Of a stretch of 64,000 nt of DNA, positions 27,932-40,295 are shown piece after piece. The translations under genes and the position numbers were made by a program. The DNA is from Lingula anatina. Its lineage: Eukaryota; Animalia; Brachiopoda. Numbering within the stretch: position 1 is the first letter of the stretch; every line of letters starts with the position of its first letter. The stretch lies in contig CM120642.1 in the NCBI GenBank assembly GCA_051362555.1, positions 33,728,001-33,792,000 on the forward strand. Reading direction: 5' to 3'. Below the pieces are notes generated by a model. The model made no database searches, was not told the DNA's origin, and saw only the letters and a program-made list of their open reading frames with translations.

Positions 27932-30900
27932 AATAGAAATCACGTGTTCCCATGCCACATGTCATGTGTCTCCCAACACATGATTATCAGAGCATTTACT
28001 AGAGTACTACTCACTAGCCATATGACCTAGTGGACAGTGAGCTGTAAGTCGACTATACTAGGACACCTTCACTTCTGAGTTGGGAGTTGGTGTGCGTAGT
28101 CTGGACAGCTGAACAGTAAAGGAAGAGTTTGCCAGCATGGCATAGCCTCCACTTGTGACTACACTGTCTAGTTGAGGATTGAGCTAAGACAGTATTACCT
28201 CACAGTTGAGTTTCTACCTGGGCAGCTAGTGTATATAGTGACACACAAGTTGGTAACAATATAAGTTTACATTGTATTTCACAAATATACCCTATGTCTT
28301 AAATACATACGTTCACATTTCCCAATTGACTGGCTCCACATAGCGTTACCCTTGGCATCAGGAACGCACTGGGCCGATTTAGCGCCGTTCGTCACGACGG
28401 AGCCGTAGTTGCACTGCAGTCTTGCAGAGTCTCCGATTAACGTGATGTTGTTGACCTTCTTGCTGTGGACCAAAGTGCCAGTGCCAGGGTCCACTTTAGG
28501 ACAATGAACCACTGAAGATGGAAGGATAATACGGTAAATACCTGTTTCTTCTTTTCAAACGTCACCCTCATATCATAATTTTACAAGATTGAACATCGTC
28601 ATTAACTCAAATATGTACTTCCTAGCATGAAAGCAACTTACTTTTAGCAACTTTTGAATTAATATTATTTATGTTGAAAGAGGTAATCGTTGGTTTTGAG
28701 TACTTGTTATTTTCATATTGTGTTAAGCATATGTATATGTGTTAAATACCTACATGGGATATTTCCACTAAGAGCTGTCGCCTTGACTGCAAGAAAAAAA
28801 TTGAAATTTGTGTGATACATCAGTACATAGATTCATTTTGTATGTTTGAGATATATCATAACAAAGTGGCGGATTTAGAGGGGGGGTTAGGGGATCCTAA
28901 CCCCCCCCCCCCCCCCCCCCCCTTCTGGTCTTCTCTTGAAATTAGAATTTTGGCTAGATGAATCATAGTTCTAAACCGTACCAAGTGGCACCGTTCGCCC
29001 TCTATAATACCAAAAATTTTCGGGGCCTTTCAAGTCAAGTGCGTGGGGTGGAGGGTCACCTTCGCATCTGCCCCCCCCCCCAGTTCAAATCCCCTTCTAG
29101 ATCCGCCCCTGAATAACGCATCACATGTCAACTATTCATTCCAGTACGTGGACGAGATTTAAGATGGAGGCTTCTAACAGACTAACAAAATGTTAATTGC
29201 CTTTCCGGAAATAAAGATGAAATTTGGTCAACGGTATTTTTAAGCAAAAACCAAACCAACTGTATGTCGCCCGGATATACTGCTGTATACGGACAAACTG
29301 TATACTCACTGCAGTATAGGACAAACTGTATACTCACTTCTATATAGGCCTACGGACAAACTGTATACTCACTGCTGTATACGGACAGGACTCTGTCACC
29401 TCCACAGACCTGAGAATTGTCTCCGCTACATCTACAATTGGTAATTGAGAAATATAGTTTTCATGAAGATCGCGAAAGCCAAGTGAATTTCAGATCTGAT
29501 ATGCTTGCAATCGATAAAGAAACCAGGACCTGATAATTTGCATACTTTTAAAAGTTAAATATGTCTGCACATAGGTTTCCCTGAAACCTGTATTTGCTGA
29601 GAATCACTGGGTGACAGGATTAATATCAGCTTGATGGTGTTTAAGACATGTGTTGAATCACTTACACAAATCCAAAAAGTCTTCGTTGAAAATGATAACT
29701 GTGCACCTTTTCACGCTCCACATGATTTCCCAAATGCATTTCTGAATATTTGTTTTCGTAAGTTTAAGGCTTTCTGACTTTCTGTATGTACTTCTGTCCA
29801 TCTGAATGTTTTTAAGTATTTTTCTGAGTTCTGCTATACCTGTTCGTGCATGACGTGGAGTTGCCGAACTGTTTATATTTGATGCCTTCTTTGTGGCAGA
29901 AACACTCGTTGTTGTCTCTCAGCATAGCAAGGTCAAGGCCGTACTTGGAGCAAAAAGATATGCATCTGGAAAAAAAAAACAGTGAAATGTGTAAAATTAC
30001 ACTGTACATCAAATAATTTCAAACCAAATTTGCGGTAAATGAACAAAAAGGGATTTCACTAGACTGCACGCAACGCAGCATATGGAGTTTGAATTTATTT
30101 CTTAAATATGCATAATCAGTATTAATTAATTTCAATAGATATGTTTTGCAACACAATATAAAGCGTTAAGTAGAGGGGGTTTCAAAATTAATATGACATT
30201 GGAATTGTGCGCCATTTTCCTTTTCAATGCGAGTAACATTACATATATCAATATTGACAGATGTTAAGGCGTCTTAAGGATTGGTGTACCTAGGCACTGT
30301 CATGTGGACACTGTCTGACCACGTCCTTTCAGCTGCTCTGGTCATTAGGCCATAGTAGTCTCTGTAACAGCCCTCATAGCCGCTGAAGTCTACAACAATA
30401 GTGAAAGAAGATTGTTTGAACTGTTGGAGGTGAGAGGCCCTATTGCAGTCTGTACTGGCAAATACACTGGGGGAATGGCGGGGGTCATTTTGGTTTACCA
30501 TAACCCAAACGAAGACTGTGCAAATTGTGAACTATACAGAAATTTTATAAAATAATTCTACCAACTGCCAGCTTGACGTCTGTGGACATTGCTATATGTT
30601 ACACAAAGCACCTGTTATATTCCCATAACTTAATGCCTGATTCTATCCCCGCTACCATGTTTAAAGATAATCCGACACATATGACACGATTATGAAGCGC
30701 ATGCTATAAAGGATCTCTGATACAGAGCCTAATAGCAATGCCCATTGCACCTGTTATATATGGGTTCTGTCGTAAATAATTTCTCCCTAAAATAATAAGT
30801 GACCATACCTTTACACATGTCAGTCATAGTGTCATTCCAGGAGCAGCCATCTTCACCTAGGACGTCACGTACACAACCCAGAGTCTTCGGGTTGTCCAAG

Positions 30901-31534
30901 TATTTGCCGTCATCGCAGCCAAAACGTGCGATTTTTCTGGTAGGAAAGAACCACTGTCCGCCTGCCGTGGTGTTCAGGTCGGGGCAGTAGCCGAAATGAT
31001 CGCCATCATAACCTTAAAAAACAGCGGTTCAAAGTGAGGCAACGTTTGCGAGCATGAGTGCGTGTGTGTGTGCAAGTGTTTTAAAAATGTAACAAAATAA
31101 TTTGCAATATCTGATGGAGAACAAGCCCGAAGATTGAACGAAAAGATAAATATCGTATTTTATCGAAATTCTATGCAAACAACACCAAGTGTATTTAGCC
31201 TTATGTGAACAACCATACTCACAGTATTGTCTGGCGGCTTCCTAAAGGTAGGAGTGATTGGAAAAAAAGAAAAATCGAAAAATATATTAAATCTTTGTAA
31301 AGATAATTGCAATCATTGAATGTTTGTTTTTTTTTCAGCATCTAAGTGACATAAATGTTTGTAACGAATATTTCAATACAAAGTTACTTATGTACCTCAA
31401 AATAATGCCAACTAAAATAACGAAAACCTACTTCCAAACATAATAAGCCAAATAAAGGTGAATACAGCGTAGAAAGTTTAACTGGCACTTACGCTAGCTA
31501 CGAAGCACACCGCTAACGCTATAAGCAGCTTCAT
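24749..31534 (-). CDS. Gene B: secreted (Sushi-WSC)x3 protein with Thr/Pro-rich tail (~604 aa)
   Basis: 15 exons: 31534-31493, 31241-31223, 31012-30809, 30389-30290, 29965-29840, 29431-29373, 28786-28754, 28511-28311, 27656-27548 (GC donor), 27242-27043, 26563-26534, 26324-26121, 25933-25796, 25340-25200, 24957-24749. Frame is continuous. Signal peptide MKLLIALAVCFVASEAA. AATAAA on - at 24637-24642. Confidence 0.87.
27893..27929. repeat. (TG)n microsatellite
   Basis: Directly visible. Confidence 0.95.
28864..29111. mobile_element. hAT-like MITE (CAGTGGCGGAT...ATCCGCCCCTG type)
   Basis: aagtggcggatttagagggggg ... ccccttctagatccgcccctg, with internal poly-G/poly-C; TSD degenerate. Confidence 0.6.
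29278..29388 (-). repeat. Degenerate ~29-bp tandem repeat of gene B exon-6 end plus donor
   Basis: On -, the unit is TCCGTATACAGCA|gtgagtatacagtttg; 3-4 copies. Confidence 0.8.
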
Positions 31535-31578
31535 GGCTCGTCTTCAGATAGTGAGGTGTCTGCTATCTTCCTAAAGGC

Positions 31579-31584
31579 TTTATA
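31579..31584 (-). promoter_or_regulatory. TATA box of gene B
   Basis: TATAAA on -, 45 nt upstream of the ATG at 31534. Confidence 0.55.
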
Positions 31585-32698
31585 TTGTCGTGGTGTAATA
31601 AGACGTGCTTGCCCCTGGGAGTGACGCATGTGTCTGGATATTACGTTTACCTAGGATGGGCACAGAGCGCCGATAATGTCACGCCGTGTTGGATACCATT
31701 GGGAATATTTGACGTGATTTTACAGTGCGCGTTCTTTGTCGTGATTCGTGGCATATTGGTGACGGTTTGGTGAAATGCACGAAAAGAAGCATCACTATCC
31801 ATGCAGAGGTCAGAATGGATTTCATTTACTGTGATTTTTAGTGGATTTTACCACACCACCCTCTTTATTCTCAACACGCATATAAATATGATAAAGGGAT
31901 AATAACTCTTCGTTTTGGCCAAAAAAAAAAGAATTTTCCTGGAGTAAACAACAATTTCCCCATACTTACCAATGGTTAATGAATCCATTTTTACATACAA
32001 AGTTAGTTCTTGGTTTTTTTCTAAAAAGTTTTTTTTGTTATAATCTCTTAAGAGATTATAACAGAGTATAGCCATCAATGGAGGTCACATGGTCTAAAGA
32101 CAAGCTCAGATATCAGAATAACTAGCTATAACTGCCGTTTTTCTTGTACAACAAAATATGTTATATTTCTATGAGTTGTTTACAATGATTTTATTGTGAA
32201 ATATAGATCTCATACGAAGAGTTATTATCCCTTTAACAAGATTAAAAATATTTGACATCAGTGGTGCATGTAAGTGCCTGACAAGAAGAGCTCAGGCTGT
32301 GATGTGTTTGGTACGAACACCTCTGGTCAGTGCACGTATTTTGCAAAGTTTGATGAGTAAATTGTTACACTGTGATAGGAATTATGTCAAAGCAATCATA
32401 CCGTTACATAATAGCATACCAAAAGCAAAAAAGTCCGTTTAAACATAATGTACTTTTTAAATATAGTTGCACACCCCATTTATATATAGTGCACACTCCA
32501 TACTTACAACATCTGAAACTAGATCTGAACGTCTTGGCAAGCAATCAGTGCGAGGTTAACATAAAACATTCATGAAAATACACGTTCCAATATATTTATT
32601 TAACTCCATGAACACGGTTCCCAATTCAGTTCAAATTAACATAAACTCAAAATATCCACTTTTATAAAACCTGCAAGTAAATTTCACAGTGCTGATAA

Positions 32699-35600
32699 CT
32701 ACTCAATTATAGTGTATGGAGCTGGAATCTCGTCCCCGTCATTGGACACTGCATCTCCGGAGCCGGGCACAGCTGTGGTGGTGGGAGGGACCATTGTGGT
32801 CGTTGGCATGGCTGTTGTTGGCATTGCGGTGATAGTTGGCATGGTTGGTGTTGGCATTGTTGTTGTCGACATTGTGGTAGTTGGCATGGTTGTTGTGGTC
32901 GGCATTGGGGTGGTAGTTGGCATGGTTGTTGTTGTTGGCATTGGGGTGGTAGTTGGCATGGTCGTTGTTGTTGGCATTGAGGTGGTAGTTGGCATGGTTG
33001 TTGTAAGAGGGGTTGGTGTAGTTGTTGGCGCGGTGATGGTGGTAGGTTTGGTGGTAGGAATGGGTTTTGGTTTTGCAGTGGTCATCTTTGGGTTGATATG
33101 GTCAATCACTGGAACGAACCGCAATATAAATACAGGATTTACGACAAACGTGTTTTGTGATTAACATATTGCATTTAATAAACAGGTTTAAACTACATGA
33201 CAGAATTTTTCTGTATGTACAAGTGGAGACATTTTACTTTTCTCTACATCAATTTTCCGTATCACGTGTAGCGCAATGCAACAATGAGTGTTATAAAATA
33301 ACCTTATATTATCCAGATGTGTACACCATCAGCGCATTTAGAACAGTGGACTAACAGATCCGCAGATCAAATATGGCGATCCACTAAAAAGATCGCCGCT
33401 TTATTCAGGATTCAAGCATTCAGGTAGGTCGGCCATATTTGATCCGTGGACCTGTAAGTCCCCTGTTATGAATGTGCCCTATGTCCCCACCTTTATAGAC
33501 GGAGAGCGCCCTGTAGTCTCCACATATCTGTTTGTTGTCACCAGGACACAGGTAGCTACATGTAGTGGAGGAACCAGCACCATACAAGATGTCTTCATTG
33601 CCACAGTGACATTTGTTACCATTCTCAAGAGCTGGGGAAGAAATACGCAAAAAAAAATGTTATGTCGGTTTTTGCAGCAACTCGTTTTTTTTAGATGTTG
33701 TAATGACAGAAGTGAAAAAAGATGGTCAACATTTCATCAAATTAGGTCAAACCACGTTTTGACATTTACAACTTGAATTTCACATTTCCTCTTAATATTT
33801 TGTTCAAACAAGCTTAGTACCATAAACAGACCGATCTAATATTTTGATCATTCCTAGCCGCTCAGAGAAAACTTTTATTTGAAATTATGCTGATCAATAA
33901 GAAATGTTGCTATATTTTGACTCCATTATCCGCACCTTCGACCTTAAAAGTATAGAAATTCGTGCATACTTGATGTATTTCTCCTACGGACAGTGACATA
34001 TGCAAATTGTTAAAAAGCAAGTACAGACAAAAAAGACAGACAGACGGAAAGCAATAATACAAGAACGTAAGGCAAACTATGCTTTACCTGCGTACATATA
34101 CCTGATACCGTGACAGTGCATAATACACATGGTGGCTGACATGAACGGGGTGTTCCAGACTGTACGGGGATCAAACTTCTTCTCTGGGTAACGGTCCTTA
34201 AAGCACCCCACATAGCCATGGAGAGCTGGATCAAGAGGAACAGGTGCCATGTATGCGAGGGACTGGGGTAAATCGAATTTACTGTAGTACTCATATCATT
34301 TCCAAATTAAATTGAGCGTTTTTCTCTATATGTATTCAATATAACTAAATGAAACAAAATACTGTACGAAAATAAGAAGAGAAAAGAATTTGAAAATTGA
34401 TTAATTCATTTTTGCACTTTGTAAAGAAAATATCCTTTCACTACCTATAAGATGAAAAATGCAGTCAGTTTTAGATCCGTTTAAATAATCATTAACAACA
34501 GTTCTTCACGAACGTAAATTTGTAATAATATCTTAGTTCCTGAATTAGATACGCACAAAAAGTGCATTTTTTAAAACTGTAACTTACGTTTACAGAGAGG
34601 CGGGGTATTATCCCAAGCGGGCTTAGGCTGCAAGTTAGTTGTCACACAGTTCAGCTTGGTGACACCGTCCCTGAGCGTCCCATCATTACACTGCACCTTG
34701 ACAGAGCCGCGGGGGAAGGTGACGCCATTCACGGATCCTTCATAAGTCAACTTGGCGTTGCGAATGTTTAACTTTGGACAACTGATCACTGAATTCAGTA
34801 TATGAAATATAAATTAGATTATTGCTAAAATAATTCTGATAAAAATGTTTTTAAAGCCTGATAAAGAGCCTGTTTACTATTCCTGTGGTGCTGTCTTTAA
34901 AGAAAAAGTACCATTTATTACAACTTGTTTAAGTACACGGTTATTCAATGTAAAGTTAGAGGGAATCTAAAGAGATCTTTTCGGTAAAAAAGATGTTACC
35001 TGGAAGTCCACCAAAAACTGCAGCTGAAACTATAAAAAGAAATACAGAATTGAGAAGCCTTCGCTCTTTACGTCAAACTCTGCTGGTTCCAGCAGTAAAA
35101 CATTATTATCTTTAGTCATCACTGCAAATAATATGATTTGAAGAAACTTAAAGTAAGTATAATGAATTATAATATGTAGCAAACTCTGCTGAATAAGTTA
35201 AAAAAATCTTTATCAATTTACATATATACAATATCATTGAGATACATGCGATTTAGAGCTACCTACATGTAGTACTATATATTAGTACGGATAGGGGCTT
35301 AAGTGTAGTAATTATATTAGTACAGTAAGTAGCAAACCATACTAGTTCCACTCACCATCATACACCGACACTGCATATCTGTCTCCTCCACAGAACTGAG
35401 AGCTGTCCCCGGCACACCGGTATTTACACGAGTTTTGGGGGTTCAACGCGGCACCATTTTGAGTTAGATTGACCTTTCTGTCCCCACAAAAGCAGTATTT
35501 GCCACTGCGCAATGCTGATAGCTCAAAGCCCAATTGCTGACAGTATGCCATACACCTGAAGTGAAAATATTCCAAAATCTTCCTTCATTGAAACTGCAGA

Positions 35601-38600
35601 TCTGATAATGATTTTAGTTAACAAAGGCGACACGTATATAGTGATGCCCATTTATTGTTTTAGATTTTGAAAAATGTGGAATTAGAAACCGACCGGGATA
35701 CCTATACGTATTGTTCATCGTGCCAATAAATATAATCATGGCTGAAACTATCATATAATCACAAATTTCAATTTGTCTTCTCAATTTCGCCAAGTAGACA
35801 CTATGAATTATTTTAACATTTTCACCATACCTCGGGAACCCGTCCAGCCTCCATATACAATTATTCTAATTTATTTTACAAAGGCACACAAACGAATAGT
35901 TGGAGAAAACAGACGGCGAGTTTCGTTAACATTGACATACCAACCTCTGAGGTGTCATCTTGTTGTCAGTCCACAGGTAACTGGAACTGAACAGTGGACG
36001 GCCATACCTCTCACGGTAGCAGCCCAAATAGCCAAGAATTGCTAAGTGTAAGAGAGAAAAATATAAACCTGTCACATAACACACTATGCATATATATTAA
36101 TCCTTTATAAATCCACATTTTGCTCCTTTAAAATATTACAGGAAGAATTTTCGGGCCGAATTTGAAAACTACTGATAATTGAGAAATGACTCGTTGTTTG
36201 GTAAGATTCAAACCAGTAGAAACATGTTATTTTTATCAACCTTGTTGGTGTATAAATTACCAGAAACTTCAACAGAAATAAGTTATCAAAATATATATTT
36301 TATCACAATATTATTATTATTATTATTTGTAATCACGAGAAGAGCACATGGTAGGTTTATGCATTGGCAAATTTGCTCCAGTGACATCTATATCTTACGT
36401 TCGCACTTCCCGGGGGTGGCACTCCACTGAGCGTGGCCCTTCTCATCCGCCATACACTTCACAGTGGCCGCCCCTCCCTTGATGGTGGAGCTGTAGTCGC
36501 AGTCAATACGGGCCGAGTCCCCGACTAGGGTAACTCCATTCACCTGTCTGGTGTGGACCACCTTTCCCTTGCCAGGGTCGATGTCAGGACAGTGAACCAC
36601 TAGAACCAGGGAATACAGTAATGATTTGAAGACTAGAAGAGAGGCTTAACACGCGGGGGGTTTTGAAGCCTCCATTTAATGTAGCTGCTTAGAAATAAGT
36701 AAGGTAATCAAACCAGTGCAGTGCGAACAGGTTAAATGAACTACGCTGTCTTTGTGGATAAAACTGCACACAACTTCTATTCATCCTACACGACTTTTCA
36801 TGTTTGAAGGCGATCACTGGGTTATCTTTTCATTCATATAATTTCATTCATTTGGCTAAAACATCTTGCTAGGAAATATAATTTTTTTGCAATTTTATTT
36901 GGTATCTAATTGCGAGAGATTGGGCTGGGTTAAATAGGAGTCCTCACGGTCTTTAATGTTTGAATTCAACTACAGTTTTATAATCAGATCAAACACTGCA
37001 ATGCACGGGTTTAGAGTTATGGCAAAGGTCATACTGCACCCTGCAAACACAGAACGTTTGATAACGTTATCATAACGTTACCGTAACGTTATTTGGTTAT
37101 ATAAACGTCATGGTAACGTTATAATAACGTTCTGTTTGCTGGGTAGCTACTAACCTGGAATATTGTCCGCGGTGGATGCCTTCACTGTAACGTGAAATAA
37201 AAAATAGATAATAAATATTCACACGTCTGAGAAGCATAATGAGCACTATTAAATCAACATTTCAGATTCATAAGGAGAAAGAAAACACTTTTAAGGCTGA
37301 AAAGTTAAACTTAAAATTATTCATTTTACTTTGAAAATTGGTATTACCCTTATTAAATCGAAAACCTTTTGATGCACAGTATACATGTATATAGTACGTA
37401 CCACTGTAGACGGAGAGGGATCTTTCACTTCCACAAATCTGACTGTCATCTCCAGAGCACCTGTTAAAAGTAAAATAATAAAATAAGTACCAGTGCTTCT
37501 CATTAAGTCTGCTATTCCAACTCATTTCTCTCCAAAAGAAACAAATTCTTTGCAAAACTGATTTTATATCCATCACAGAAAAAACATCATGTGTTGTCAA
37601 CCCTGTTTTTACTTTAGAAACCTTACTTGTATACTATCAGCATCTCTGAATCACATTTGTATCAGCATGAAAAAGTAGGAGAACTAAAGAAGTGTAAACA
37701 ATGTTTATAAACGACTAACTTTTTGTATGTCAAGATATCACTTAAAACAATTTTAACTTCAGAAACTACTAGTCAGCATCACTCTTAAATCAGTGCAAAA
37801 AGAGAAAACTTGGGTGTTCATCACCTTTTTGTACATGTTCCTTTGCCCACTGCATCATACTTGAAGCCATCAGGGTGGCAGTAGCATTCGCTTTGGTCAG
37901 TTAACATGGCTATATCCAGTCCGAATTTTGAACAAAAACCAATACATCTGAAAAACAGGCATGGAAAATAGTTGGTTGATTGACGAAGGATAGCTTTACA
38001 TTGGAAAAGAATCGCATTTGGGATGCTTTACTGGCGTCTTTGATAATATCTCGCTGAAGATTTAACCAATTGCAGGTTTTTACAATTCCATTCATCGATG
38101 GTGACTTTAGGCATAAGGTTACCTTGCTATAGTCATGCTGTTGCTTTTCCAAGATTTGGCATTCCTCAGCAGAATTCCGTAACTGTCCCTAAAACAACCT
38201 TTGTGGCCTTTGTAATCTGGAACAAACATGAATATTTTCTTTCAGGTGAACCTTTTTATAATAGCCCTCAACGTACATATTGCTGTATTGGACGAAGGCT
38301 CATGTTGTTTTTAAAAAATAAATGTTAAAGTGCTCCTAGTAATTCTTGGTGTTAGTTTTGCCAAAAAATCACGTTTTTAAGGTCTACAAGCCGAATGTTC
38401 CTAAAATTTTAACCTTTCTGGTAAACACCAATCTATAAAAAACTAAACCAATGAACCAATTTACCTCTCAGTTTTACCTGACCTTTACTTGTTAACTGTC
38501 GTCAACCTATCCGTAACCCTACCTTTACACACCGGCACTGCAGCGTCGTATTTACAGCCGACGCTGTTCCAGTCGCTAATACAGCGCAGTGTCTTCTTGC

Positions 38601-39409
38601 CCTCCAGGTACTTGCCATCTTGACAGTACAGGTTGGTGGTGGTCCAGGAGTGATCCGCTACCAAGCCGTTCTTATTGGGGATCTCAGGACACCTGCTGAG
38701 AAACGCTGAGGCTGCGCCTAGAAACACGAATAAACGCGTTGTGTTTTAAAGAGCCGTTTTTATACAACACAACACATTCGCATAGATATTCTTTAACTGA
38801 GTAGTGTTTCTTTTCTACGACACACTTGTTATAACATCTGATATCTGCACTCAATTCATTTTAAATTATTTGTAGGAAGATATTAGACAGTAATACAGCC
38901 AGCCTTTTTGCTGAATTATGTGACATGTCTTTACAAGTGAAGCGGATCTACTGGCAATAAATAGCATCTGGATGAAAATGAGTCAAATAATCAAGATATG
39001 GCTGCCAAGTTTTATAAATCTCAAAAGTGAACTTTGTTCCACTATGCTATAAATTAATACACGGTGTATGCAGATCTTCAGGTTTGCTAATCTTAATGTC
39101 CTTGTTCCACCAAGAAGGTACACGTTGTGACTCCTCAGTACAACTTACACAAAGGAGGCCCTGCTGTCGCAACCTAAAAAACAAGAGGCCAGGATTCACA
39201 TGTATAATTATTAGACATTTATTTGTATTTTCTAAAATAATTGGCTCCCAATAAACCATTAGTGTACACATAATAATGAAAATACCATTTTGTATGGGAA
39301 AATTAAGCTACCGGTATTTAAGCAAACCAATTCAAATATTTAGTAACCAAATACTTTTTCTCACCTTTGTTAAGAAACATATTGTAAAAGCTACCAAGGC
39401 GGTCTTCAT
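32699..39409 (-). CDS. Gene C: secreted (Sushi-WSC)x3 protein with long Thr/Pro/Met mucin-like tail (~662 aa)
   Basis: 15 exons: 39409-39365, 39173-39149, 38717-38523, 38216-38123, 37947-37825, 37460-37402, 37184-37155, 36599-36399, 36041-35945, 35555-35356, 35029-35000, 34788-34588, 34225-34088, 33631-33491, 33108-32699. Same exon pattern and phases as gene B. Signal peptide MKTALVAFTICFLTKVATA. Confidence 0.87.
32780..33005 (-). repeat. Coding 18/15-bp repeat (PTTTTM/PTTTPM)n
   Basis: Seen in the ORF 32699..33124 translation and in DNA (gttggcatggttgttg units). Confidence 0.9.
33346..33462. mobile_element. Shorter copy of the 18118-18284 palindromic MITE family
   Basis: gtggactaacagatccgcagatcaaatatggc ... 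ggccatatttgatccgtggacctgtaagtcc. Confidence 0.65.
37039..37143. mobile_element. Small palindromic MITE (CCCAGCAAACA-type terminus)
   Basis: ccctgcaaacacagaacgtt ... aacgttctgtttgctggg, with internal taacgtta repeats; lies ~10 nt from the gene C linker micro-exon donor. Confidence 0.65.
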
Positions 39410-40222
39410 GGTGTCCGGTGTTATAGTCTATGTACCATATGGGGAGGAGACCTCAGCTATAAGGAGATTTAGGGATGGATCTGTTACCATAGATACCAGG
39501 AGGTCACGTGTCTTCCGTTTTGATATTCACACAGACGTGGACCTTCGTCAATGTGGCGTGTGGTCTTTTACATTAACTACAATTATATTTTACGGATCTT
39601 AGGGCAAGGACTGTGCACTTTTTAATGTCGATTACATGTTTTCGGTCTACTTTCAAGATTTCATTTAGTCTCTAGATTTGAAATTTTGTGTTCATCAGGG
39701 TTAAGTGAGACGGCAGCAGGTGTTTTCAGCCCACCGCGGAGTTGTCTAGCCGGACAAGTACGGATTAACCACAGTAAAGAGACGTGTCGTGTTAAGAATT
39801 ACATAATGTTCCTCATGTTATGTATATATATGTAGTGTACACATGTATGTACATGTGCTTTTACTGACAGGTATGTCCTCCTTAACCATCCCTTCCCATA
39901 AACACATGTTTATTTTCATTTCGTGAATTTACAGGATTCATAAAGAAGAAAAGCGTTACTTCCTCTGTGGGGAATTAAACATTAAATATAAAATTTTTGT
40001 AATCATAGTTGATTTTCAATCTATTGATCTGTTTCTATTATTTTCATCTTCTATTTATCCACATCAGCCACAGCTGTTTTATTTATACACCATTAATTCC
40101 TATTTTCTTCAAAAGCCAGACCTTGAAAATATGACTGGAATGGCCAAAAGACAGACTGCCGTCGTTTTATGCGGAAGTTCGCTTCCATTGTGACGGTTGT
40201 GACTCGTGAAACTGCAAAACGC

Positions 40223-40223
<1 letters not shown>

Positions 40224-40292
<69 letters not shown>
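40224..40292. repeat. Compound (GT)n(GA)n microsatellite
   Basis: Directly visible. Confidence 0.95.

Positions 40293-40295
<3 letters not shown>

Noticed and set aside
32712-33164. 150-aa Val/Gly-rich + strand ORF
   Set aside because: Antisense shadow of the Thr/Pro repeat exon of gene C.
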